Source: Actinomycetes bacterium (GTDB lineage Bacteria > Actinomycetota > Actinomycetes > Mycobacteriales > SCTD01). Taken from it: DNA of 64,000 nucleotides. Of the stretch, positions 26,501 through 38,500 are shown piece by piece (the stretch's first letter is position 1; each line of letters begins with the position of its first letter). Both the position numbers and the translations under genes were made by a program. The stretch lies in NCBI GenBank assembly GCA_046565705.1, contig JBKHYE010000123.1, forward strand, positions 1,075 to 65,074, given 5' to 3'. The notes beneath the pieces are model-generated. The model was given only the letters and a program-made list of their open reading frames with translations, had not been told where the DNA came from and searched no databases.

Positions 26501-29500
26501 GATGCCGGCGAACTTGAAGTCGGTCGGGCTGAAGTAGTCGAAGATGATGTAGGCGTTGGCCTTCCACCCGCCGGTGGGCTTCACGATGGAGGCCGAGACG
26601 GCCACCTCGTAGTAGATCGGCAGGTAGTCGTCGACGTAGAAGACGGCCGAGGCGTCCTGGCCGAGGCTGCCGGCGCTGACCTGCAGAGCGCCGCCGCTGA
26701 CGTGCCAGCTGCCGCTGTCGACGTAGAAGCCCTGGGACGTTCCGTCGTTGAAGTCGGCGCCGCGCAGGACGTCGCGCCGACCACCGGGGACGTTGCCGGG
26801 CTGCGGGTCGCGCGGGCCGCCGGTCTGCTCCTGCCAGAGACCGGAGTCCTTCTGCGTGACGATCCCCGCTTCGCCGTAGGGCTCGCCGTTGCGCGCGGCG
26901 TACTCCGCACCGGACTCCTGCACCAGGGTCTGATCGGCGCCCTGCGCCTTCGACAGCGCGTACAGGAACTCCATGAGGCCCGGCGGCACCTGCCGGCTGA
27001 CCGTCGCGATGCCGAACGGCGCGAACGGCACCAGGTAGCTGTTGAACTCGCCGACCCAGTCGATGAGCCGGTCGCCGCCGGTGTTGCCGATGAGGACGTC
27101 GAGCCCGGCGCCGCCGACGGCACGGTCCTCGTACGTGCTGTGCGTCTCCGGCTGGTCGTTCAGGTTGTCGTTCGTGGTCAGCACGTCGTCGGCGTTGAGC
27201 AGGTCGTTGCCCCAGCCGCCCCACAGGGTGTCGCGCCCGGTGCCGCCGACCAGCCAGTCGTCGCCGTAGTCGCCGAACAGGACGTCGTCGCCGTCGGACC
27301 AGAACGTCGTCCCGCCGACGGTGCCGACGTTGAGGCCCTCGTCGTGCGCGAAGTTGAGGAACCAGGGTGCACAGCCCTCGGCCTCCGCACCGGCGCCGGT
27401 CGGCGTGCAGCCCGTGTTCGCCTTGTTGGCGGCCCCGTTCGCGTTCAGCGTGATCATCCGAAGCGGGTCGTACTCGTCGTAGAGCGCGAACTGGCCGGTG
27501 TGGACGACGTCGCGGCCGAGCAGGTTGTAGCCGGCCAGCGGGCGGTGGAAGTCGTTGCGGACCAGCGTCCAGCCGGTCCAGTCGACGGCGTACGACAGCG
27601 GCAGGGCCTCGGCGCCGGACATCGCGTCGTCACCGGAGCCGCCGTGCATGAAGTCGTCGCCCCAGCCGCCGAACAGGACGTCGTCGGCGTAGAGCGGGCG
27701 ATACAGCGGGTCGTCGATGCCGCTGCCGACCTTGGGGTTGAGCGCGAACGGCGTGAGGTCGACGGTCTTGTTGAGCTTGTCGGTCGGGTAGATGACGGCG
27801 ACCTGGATCTTGCCTGGCGTGGTGATCTCGGCCTGCACGTTGGCGGAGGTGAGGCCGTTCAGCGGCTCGGTCTTGCCGTTGCGGCTGGTGAGGATCCGCC
27901 CGTCGTCGCCGAGGACGCCGTCGGCGCCGGTGCCGCCGGAGATCCAGTCGCGGCCCCAGCCGCCGATCAGGTCGTCGTCGCCGGCGTCGCCGAAGATCAC
28001 GTCGTTGCCGCCGCCGCCGTAGACGGTGTCGTCGCCGGTCTCACCGTGGAGCTCGTCGGCGCCCCAGATGCTGGCGCCGTAGGCGCCGTGGCCGTCGTAG
28101 GTCGTCGGGATGTCGGTCGGCACGGTCCAGACGCCGTTCACCTGGGTGCCGCCGAACAGGTCGGGCCGCCGGTCCGGTCCGCCGGCCACGTGGTCGAGGA
28201 GCATGACCGCGCGGACGATCAGCTTGAGACCTGTGCCGTAGCCGTCGTAGGTGAAGCGCAGGAAGGTGCCCACACCCTCGGTGGGCGTCGGGGCCACCAG
28301 GCGGAAGACGTCACCGTTGTCGCCGACGATGGTGTCGGCGTCGCGGGCGTGCGCGTCGGTGCCGGCTGTCTCCGTCGGCAGTCGCTCGTCGTTGCGGTCT
28401 GTCTTGGTGCCGGCGCCGCCGAAGATGAGGTCGTCGCCGCCCGGACGGCGCTGCGGGGTGGTGAGCGAGAACAGGCTCGAGCTGCCGCCGACGATGTCGT
28501 CCTGGCCGAGGCCGCCGAAGATGACGTCGTTACCGCCGCCGCCCTCGATGTAGTCGTCGCCGTCGGTCGTGGCCTCGAACGAGGCGACCACGCAGAGGTC
28601 GCCGGCAGCGTTGCGAGCCGCGCCGACCCGCTGATCTGCCGGGGCGTCGATCAGGTCGCAGGTGCTGCGGTCGCGGTGGTCGATCGAGCCGTCGCCCTGG
28701 ATCGTGTCGTCCCCGAGCTGGCCGAACAGGACGTCGTCGCCCGCGCCACCGGCGAGGTGGTCGTCGCCGTAGAACCACCCGGGCGTGTCGAACTCGTGGT
28801 GCAGCAGGGTGATCCGGTAGTCCGCCCAGGTCGGCTGGTTGCCGTTCCACGCCGGGTTCTCGAAGCGCTCGCTGTCGTCGGTGCCGTAGTCGATGAGCGC
28901 CTCGCCGGCGGTCGCCTGGGCGGTGCTGTAGATCTGCGAGCCGGTGAGCATCCGGAACCGCGGGTTGCGGTAGTCGCCCTCGGTCACGGTGCGGGCGAGG
29001 AAGACGTTGTCGCCGAAGACAAGGTCGCGCCCGACCTGACCGTCCACCGCGTCGTCGCCGCTGCCGCCGACGAGGACGTCGTCGCCGGCGCCGCCGCGGA
29101 TGGTGTCGTGGCCGCCGAGCCAGGTGTCGACGGTCAGCAGGACGTTGAGGACGTCCCACGTGCCGAGGTCGCCGGGTCCGCCGTTGCCCATGAGCAGGGT
29201 GACGTCGAGGTACACGACCGGGTCGGTGAGCGGGTCGCCCGTGATGCCGGTGACGCGGTACGCGCGCCCCCGGTCGCCGAACACCAGGTCGTTCCCGCTG
29301 CCGGTGTTGATCTCGTCGCCGCCCTGGCCGCCGAACACGATGAGCGGCAGCGTCGACGAGCCGGCCTGCACGGTGTCGTCGTCGCTCGTGCCGACCTTCG
29401 GCGGCGCGAAGACCTCGGGGGTCTCGCGAACGATCTCGACGACGAAGTACGGGTCCTCGGCGTCGTAGGTCCGGCGCTTGGTCCCGGCGTAGAAGCTGAT

Positions 29501-32500
29501 CGAGGTCTGGGTCCACGTGGCGTCGGCGCCGTCCAGCAGCACGCCGTTCACCCACACGCGGACGCCGGTGATCGTGCCGGTGCCGGGCAAGCTCGACAGG
29601 GTCTGGGTGCCGGTGCCGCGGCCGGCGACGGAGTAGGTGGTCGACCGGGTGACGGTGATCTCGGCCCCGACCCGGCTGTGGCTGTCGAACAGCCCGACGT
29701 AGCCGGCGGCGCCGTTGACGACGAAGCGGCCGACGTCGATGGTCACGCCGTCGCGGGTCGCGGTGAGGGTGATGCTGTCCGGCCGCAGCGGGGAGTCACC
29801 CGGCCACAGGGCCTGCGCCAGCTGAAGCAGGTTGTTCACCGGGCCCTGCGTGTTCAGCACGAGCCAGCCGTCGGCCTTGACCGGCGTCGGCGTCGGGATC
29901 GCCGCGACGGCCGACGGGGTTTGGAGGTCGACGGTGATGCGGTCGTTCCCGAGACCGGTGTTGAGCCAGGTGATGGTGCCGTCGAGGCCGTTCGCTCGTC
30001 GGAAGGCCCCGTTGATGCTGATGTGGTCGGCGCCGTAGCCGGTCCAGACCCGGATGCCCTGGCCGGACAGGAACGAGCCCGCCGCGTCGGCGCGGAAGGT
30101 GATGGCGCCGCCGGCCAGCCGGACGAGGTAGATCTCCGGCGTCTGGCCGGTTCCGAAGAAGGCCGCCCCGGCGTTCGTGTCGCCCTGCCAGGCCGTCGGC
30201 ACCTCGTCGTGACGGTCGGTGATGACCACCGGCTGGGTCACGGTCCCCTTGCCACCCGTGTCGGCCTCGTCGCTGATCAGGAGGGTCTGGGCGGTCCCGG
30301 TGCCGAAGTCGAGGTTCAGCGTCCCGGCGACGCGCGCGAGCGTGCCGGCGAGGAAGTCCGGCCGGTCGTTCGGGCACACCGTCGCCGGGTCGAGGCAGAC
30401 GGCGGCACGAGACGAGGCGTACACGCGGTCGTTGCCGGCGCCCAGGCTGACGTTGGTGAGCGGGAGGGTGCCGCGGACGTTGAGGACGTCGTCACCTGAG
30501 CCGAGGCCGAGGTTGAGGACCTCGAGGCCGTAGTAGTTGACGCCGTCGCGCCGGGTCAGGTCGCGGGCCTCGCCAGCGGTGCCGAGCGCCACGAGCTCGA
30601 TCGTGATCGGCGAGTTGTTCGTGGCGGAACGGACCCCCGCGTACACCTCACCGCGGAAGCCGATGAGGTAGTCGTTGCCGAAGCGGTGGACGTAGACGCT
30701 GTCCGAGCAGCGGGTGCGCGGACCTTCTGGCGGCAGCACGGTGCCGTCGGGCAGGGTGAGCTCCCCGCGTCCGGTGCCGCAGGTCATCGAGTTGCCCTGG
30801 GTCGCTGTCGACGGGTAGGTCGGGAAGAGCAGCTCCTGCAGGGCCGCGCGGACCTGATCGGCGGTGGGCCAGCCGTTGACCGGGTCGAGCTGGAACGTCA
30901 CCGCGCCGATCCCGACCCGGACTCCGCCCTGCATCTGCGACAGCACGATCGTGAAGGAGCTCGCGCCCGCCTTCGGCGTGAGGCTGTGCAGCTGGTCCAG
31001 CGGCCGGAGGCTCTCGTCGGCCGACGCGCGCGCGACCATGTCGAGCCCCGTCAGCCTGGTCTGTGTGAGCAGCCCGACGTTCGTACCGCTGTCCGCGGAG
31101 TCGTCGAGGTAGGCGACGTCGGTGCCGTCGCCGCCGTCGATGACGAGCAGCGCGGAGAGCAGGTCGAGGAGACCGCCCCTGCCGACCCGGAAGGTGTCGT
31201 CGCCCGTGCCGCCGAGCAGGAAGGTGTGCCCGTCGACCGACTCGACGGACACCGTGTCGTTGCCGGGGCCGGCGTGCACCGTCGTCGTGCCCTTGTGCGT
31301 CGTCTCGATGACGAGGGTGTCGCCGTGCACGTGCGCGTCGGTGACCATCTTCCGCGTGCCGTAGCCGAGCAGGACGGTCAGGTCCTCGAAGTCGGCGTAG
31401 ACGACGCCGCCCGGCATCGTGCGACCCACGAGCACGGTGTCCTCGGCCATGCCGAGGCCGGTGAGGCGGTAGCCGTACCGCGGGTCGTACCAGAGCTTGC
31501 CGCTGAGCACCGCGGCGCTGTCCTCGTTGTGGACGACGATGCGGTCGACCTGCGCCGCCTCGATGGCCTCGGCGGTGGAGGCCTGGATGGGCAACGGGTG
31601 CCCGGAGGTCTCGCCGGGCAGCAGCAGCGGCAGGTAGTCGTCGAGCGCGAGCGGGACCGGCGGGCTGTCATCGTCACCGCCAGAGACGTACAGCGGGCCC
31701 TGGATGAGATGGGTGCGGCGGGCGGCGTCGGCGAAGGACTGCAGGTCGTTGCCGTCGACGACGCTGTCGTCGATCGCGCGCACGGTGACGGTCTGCGCGA
31801 TCCACCAGTTGCTCGTGGTGAAGGTCAGCAGGAGGTCGCCGTTCGACAGCAGGGTCTGGCCGCCGGCGGCGACGAACTCCAGCTGCACCAGGTTGCACAC
31901 CGGTTGCCCGGCCGCAGTGAGGCCGCACTGCGTGCCCTGAGCAGCGGCCAGGTTCAGGCTTGGCGTCTGCAGCGCCTTGAGCCGGATCTGGATCGTCTGG
32001 CCCGGGTTCATCGTCAGGCGCACGGTGTAGCTGTCGGTGGCGCCGATCTGGCCGGGCGCGGCGCCCTCGACGAGCCGGGTCGTGCCACCGCTCTGCTCGA
32101 TGACGACACCAGGCGTGTCGCCGTCCTCGACCAGCGCGCGCACGGTGTCGACGTCCTGACCGAGCACGCCGACCACCACCAGCGAGGCTCCGTCGGCCAC
32201 GGACCACTCGTCGACGACGGTGATGGTGGAGGCGCCGTTCGCCGCGATCGTTCGGTAGTTGGCCTTGCCCAGCCCGCCGACGACCCGCACGACGGCGCCC
32301 ACCAGGCCGTTGACCGGCAGCGTGACACCCGAGGGGAGCGCCAGGGTGACGACGGTGCGCCCGAGGCTGTCCGTCGCGGTGCTCAGCACGGTCCCCGCGT
32401 ACTCGACCGCGAGGCCGGTGGCGGTGTCGAGGTTGGCCGGGGGCGAGTAGCCGGTGATGACGTACCCGCTGCCGGTCGGCGGTGCGACGTCGAAGTCGCC

Positions 32501-35500
32501 CTCGACGACGATGACGCCGTCGGCGGTGTTGCGCCAGATCCGCCGGACCTCGCCGGCCGCCGGACCGCTGGTGATCCGGACCAGCCAGCCGGTCAGGGAG
32601 CCCTCGGGGAGCGAGATGCCGGTCCGGAGCTCGTCGTCACGCCCCGTGATGCCGGTGGTGGTACCGACGAAGGAGTCGCCGGTGGCCACCGTGACCCAGC
32701 TGCGGATCGCCGCGACCTCCTGTCCTTCCACCTTGCCGTCGCCGACGGCGGTGACGATGACCGTGTAGCGGGTGGTCGTCCCCGCGACCCACACCAGGTC
32801 GAGGTAGCGGCTGGCGACCGCGGAGGAGCCGTGCCGCTTGAGCAGCAGGTCGGGGCCGCCGTCCAGGCGGACCGTCAGCGAGCCGATCGGCGGCGCGGTC
32901 AGCTCGATGGTGAACGTGGCGCAGGTGCCGGTGCTCGTCGTGCTGCCGCAGACGGTGGTGTTGCCATTGCCCGGCTCGACCACGGAGATGCCGCCGTCGG
33001 GGACGACCACCGGCACGCCGGTCTCCTCGTCGTCCAGCACCCGCACGCTGGTGTTGTTCGCCTGCAGCAGCTCGTACTCGCCGATCTCGCGGATCAGCCA
33101 GGTGCTGGTGCTGTCCGGCGTGACGGTCCAGTCGACGGCCACGGTGAGCGTGGTGCCGGAAACGGCGGTGATGAGCCGCGTCTGCCCGGCACCGGTGCCG
33201 CCGCTGATCGACACCTCCTTGCCGACCATGTCGGCCGGGTCGCCGCTCCACGAGTAGCCGCTGAGGGTCACGGCGTTGCCGGTCGCCGACGCCACGGAGC
33301 CTGACAGGTAGCCGACCACCATCGTCTGCACCGGGACGAGCTTCTCGCCCTCCGACGACAGGTCGAAGCTCGCCTTGACCAGCAGCGTCTGGGCCATGGT
33401 GCTGCCGGCGGCGAAGAAGAGCGTCGCGGACGTCCGCCAGGTCGTGCCGCCGTCGGTCGAGAGCAGCACGTACCGGAAGCGGCTGGTCGACGTCGGGTCG
33501 ACAGCGGGCGCGATGAGGTTGACCTCGACCGCGGTCGTGGGAGCCCGCGTCAGCCGGACGCTGATCTCGCCGGTGAGCGTGTTCGACTCGCGGACCACCA
33601 GAGAACCGCCGACGGGGGCGATGACGATCGCCGGTGCGTCGTTGTCGACGATCTCGGCGGCGACGCCGTCGATCGGGATGCTCTTCCATGCGTTCGACAG
33701 GCCGGCGGCCTGCTCGACGGAGTGCCGGACCAGTCCGGTGTGGCCGTTGAGGTCGTCGGCCTGCACCGGCGGTGGGGCCCCGGCCACCTCGACCCGGTCG
33801 CTGCCGAGCCCGCCGAACAGCCGGGTCTCGACGTTCGGGTTGGTCGACAGCACGTAGAAGACGTCGTCGCCCTCCATGCCGTAGACGCTCAGCCGCTCGA
33901 TGTTGACGTAGCTGACGAACCGGCCGGCCCCGTAGATGCCGTCGGCGGTGATGACGTAGGTGTCGTTGAACTCGGTGCCGATCACGACGACCTGGTCGTA
34001 GCCCTCACCACCGTCGATGGCCACCGGCGCGTTCATCGCGTACTGGATGAAGTCGCGACCCTCGCCCGCGTTCAGCCGGGCCGTCTCGGACTCGTGGACG
34101 AAGCTGCGGATGACGAACGTGTCGTCGCCGGCGTCGCCGTTGAGCTGCAGGACGGCCTTGTTGCGGAAGACCTCGAAGACGTCGTCGCCGGTGCCGCCGT
34201 TGATCGTCAGCGGTGCCGAGACGCCGTTGGAGATCCAGCCACGGGTCGAGGCGAAGAAGGCGCCGGCGAAGGCGGGGTCGTTCTCGTCGGTCGGCAGGCC
34301 GAACTCGACGCCGCTGGTGTACGCGGTGAACAGCTGCCCGATGCGGAAGACGTCGTTGCCCGAGCCGCCGTTGACGGTCATGGCGGTGGCGGTGTCGTCG
34401 AAGCTGAACGCGTCGTCCCCGGCCAGGCCGTTGACGATGACGCCGCCGTTGATGCCGCTGGTGTAGGTGACCTTCTCCGACTCGGTGAACAGGCCCTGCG
34501 AGTTCTTCGCGGACAGCGACGCGATGAGGCGCCGGCGGAACAGGAAGACGTCGTCGCCCGGCGACCCGTTCACGACGAGCACGTTGGTGCCGCCGTCGCC
34601 GCCGACGTCGGTGACGTTGACGCGCGAGCTGCCGTTCCCGAACAGGCCCACGAGGAAGTAGTCGGAGCCCTTGCCGCCCTCGAGGTTGAGCGTTCGCCCG
34701 CTCATCGGGTTCGGAGTGTTGGCCGGGTCGAGGAGAGCGTTGACGACCAGCCAGTCGTCGCCGTCACCGGCGTTCACCGTCGTGATGCTGCGGACGACCT
34801 CGATGAAGATCCGGTCGTCGCCCTTGGCCCCGTAGATCTGCGTGCTGGCGTCGGCGACGTCGGCGCCGCTCTCGCCGGCACCGGCGCCGGTGAGGGTGTT
34901 GTTCACCAGCAGGGTGTCGTGCCCCTCGCCCAGGGTGAGGGTGAGGTGCTCGAAGCCGGTGTAGGTGACCAGCCCGTCGGTCATCCGCTGCACCGAGGTC
35001 ACCACGTCGGGGCCCGTCGGGTCCTTGACGAACGGCCACCCGGCGACCGGCAGCATCGTGATGGCGTAGCGGGTCGCCCACCCCGCATCTCCGGCGAGCG
35101 TCCCGGTGTACGCGATCGCCCAGCCGCCGCCGGCCCTGCTCACCGCGACATTGCCGATGCCGACGATGGTCTCGAGCGCCCGCCGCATCTTGTCGGCCGT
35201 CGTGTCGAAGTCTAGCGAGATCGTGTTCGTGGCGAACATGGTGCCGTGGCCGACGCGGAGCAGGAAGCGACCGTCGAAGGCGTTCAGCACCTTGACGACC
35301 GTGACGAGGCTGGGCCGGGTCGCACTGGTGGCCGACTCGAGGGTCATCCCGAGTCCGGCGATGCTGTCGCGGCCGTCGGCGGTGCGGTCGAGGACGCCGA
35401 TCCGGTCACCGGTCGTGGCGGCGTCGTCGACGAAGAGCCGGTCCTTCGTGCCGGTGCCGGCCTCGAGCACGACGGCACTGCCGATCCCGCCGAGATTCCC

Positions 35501-38500
35501 GCCGATGCCGTCCTCGGGGCTGCTGATGCGGATGGTGTCGTCGCCGGTGCCCGTGCGGACGGTCAGGTGCCCCGCCACGCTGCGGATGATGACGGTGTCG
35601 TTCCCGTTGTTCGTCTCGACGACCGTGGGTCGCTGGGTACCGGCGTGCGTGCTGTCGATCCGCAGCGTGTCGCCGCCGGCGCCGAGCCCGATGAACATCG
35701 AGCTGAAGCCCTCGTAGGTGATGCCGACGGCCATCCCGAGCCCGGTCAGGGTGTTCGAGGTCAGCACGCCGCTGTTGGCAGCGGTGTCGCCGGTGTCGTC
35801 GACCCGGATCACGTCGAACGCTGCCTGCGCGGAGGAGCCCTCGTTGCCGCCCCAGACCTTCAGGGCGCCGGTGACGGCGTTGACGTTGCCGCCGGTGTTC
35901 GCCGAGCCGGTGGACCACAGCGTGTCCGTCCGGCTCTTCGCCATGTTGCTGCCGACGCCGAGCTCGTCGTCACCGTCGCCGAGGTAGATCCGGTGCTCGA
36001 CGTGGATGGCCCGGACGGCGACGCGGTCGCTGCCGGACAGCGTGCGGACCTCGATGAGCTCGACGCCGCTGTAGTCCACAGCCGTGATCGCGCTCGCCAG
36101 CGTGTCGCTCGTGCCGAGCGGCATCTGCCGGATCCGGCCCCGGGTGCTGTCTGTCGTGTCGACGACCAGGTCCTCGCGCAGTGAGGTTCCCCAGACCTGC
36201 AGGCTGTCGGTGCCGGCGCTGTCGGTGACGTGGACGCGCATCCCGGCGGCACCGGTCAGCTCGACCCGCACCGTGTCGTTGCCGTCGAGCGTGGTCAGCG
36301 TGGCGTCACCCGTCCACGGCGTGGCTGCCCGCTTGGTGCCGGCGACCGAGACCGAGCCGTCCGCGTCGCCGACGAGGAACGTGTTCGCGCGGCTGTCGCC
36401 GGTCAGCTGGGCGTTCTCGAAGATGCCCTTGGTGTCCTCGGCGATGCCGGTGGCGAAGTCGACGGCCCCCGACGTCGTCCCGACGACGAACAGGGTTCCG
36501 TAGAGGCCGAAGCTGGTGAAGGTCGGTGACGTCGAGGTGTAGCCGGCCAGGTCCTCGACGAGGGTGTCGCTGCCCCCGGCGTCGAAGAACCGGTCGAGAC
36601 CGCCGCCGCCGGTGAAGGTGTCGTTGCCGTCGGTGTAGTCCGTCTGCCCCTCGGCCGGCTGCAGGACGCCGTCGTGCCCGCCGTCGAGCACGTCGTCGAA
36701 CGGCGTGCCGACCAGGGTGTCGTTGCCCAGCCCGCCGCGCAGGACCACCGCGACCCGGTTCTCGGTCAGGCCGGCTGCGGTGAGCTGGTCGTCGCCGCCG
36801 TTGCCGCGGATCTCGAGCGTGTCACCCTCGGCGCGCACGCTGGTGCCGATCCAGATGTTGTAGGCCTGACCGCTGCCGGTCCGGCGGACCTTGATGTCGC
36901 TCCCGGTCCGCTCGGCGAGGCTGTCCTGGCTGTCGATCGTCCCGGTGAACGTGTCGGCACCGGTGGAGCCGTTGACGAGGATGCGGTCGGCCGCGCCGTC
37001 GTCGCTCGTCACGATGTTCGGCACCTGTCGGGTGATGCCGTCCTCGACCACCGTGCGGGTACCTGTGACGGTCACCCTGCGTCCGAGGTCGATGGTCAGG
37101 TCTGTCACGCTCGACGAGCTGAGGTCGTTGACGACGAACAGGTCGCCACCGGCGCGGCCGTCGAAGAAGAACCGCTCGACGTTGGTGACGGCACGGCTGG
37201 TCGTCGTGTTGCTCAGCGCGGGGACCTTGAGCTGCAGAGTGACGGTGCTGCCGCTTCCGCTGATCGTCAGCTCGTCCGGGAACGAGGACATGGTCACGAA
37301 CAGCCGGTCGGTGCCGTTGCCGGTCCCGTCGCCGCTCTCGGCCACGCCGTCGCCGTTGACCTCCGGGATCGAGCCGGCCTCCGCGCTCACCCGGATGATG
37401 TCGTTGCCGGCGCCGCCCCAGTACTTCGCCCCGCGGCCTTCCAGCTCGTCGTCGCCGTCGCCGCCGTACAGCTCGTCGGTCGCCGACGACCCGACGAGCC
37501 AGTCGTTGCCGCCCTGGCCGTAGAGGTTCGCCGTGCCGGTGCCGTCGTGGAAGATCACGTCGTCGCCGTAGCCGCCCTTCGCGACGACGTTGCCCGGGCC
37601 CTCGATGCTGATGATGTCCTCGTCGCTGCCGGACCCGGTGGTCGGGCCGCCGATGAGGCAGTTGGAGACGAAGTCGGCGCAGGACGCGCTGCCGGTCCAG
37701 GTACCGGCGTAGTTGACGGCGTCGTCGCCGGTGCCCATGTCCAGGTAGACCGGGATCTTGACCGAGCTCATCACGGTGACGCTGTCGTCGCCGCCGGTGA
37801 AGAAGCCGCGGACCGAGGTCACGTTGGTGTAGGTGTTGCTCCGGCCGAACGAGGTGACGCGGATCGTGCCCTTGGTCGCGTCGCCGTCGAGCTGCTCGAT
37901 GACGACGCTCTCGTCGGTGATGTCGGTCGCGATGTTGCGCACGCCGGCCCGGCTGCCGACGTTGAGCTCCAGCGCCCCGCCGGCCGACGTCCACGACCGC
38001 TGGTGCGCCTGTGTGCTGCCGCCGGTCTGTCCGGCGAGGTAGGTCGGCGGCGGCAGCTGCAGGTAGCCGAGGCGGAAGGTCTTCGACTTCGTCACCGTGA
38101 CGAACAGGATCTTGATGCGGACCTTGACGGTGAACTCGATCGCGACCTTGCCGCTGTCGCCGGCGCTCGCGGTGTCGAGCTGGACGGAGAAGTCCAGCCC
38201 GATGCCGACCAGCGTGATGCCGGCGACCTTCACCGACAGGCTCGCACCGACCGCGAGGCGGAACACGTAGGTGTTGTTCGTCGTGACGGTGCACGTCGTC
38301 GGCGGGGTCGGCAGCGGGTTGCCGTCCGCGCACCGGGCACCCGGCGCGTAGTTGACCGACGTCATCCGGAACCGGAACTCGCCGAAGATGCCGAACCCGC
38401 CTCCGCCGAGCGACAGCTGGCCCCGCACGTCGATGTCGAAGTTGCCGCGCGAGTCCAGGAAGATGGAGCCGGACAGCCGCGCGAGCCCGAAGAAGTCCGC

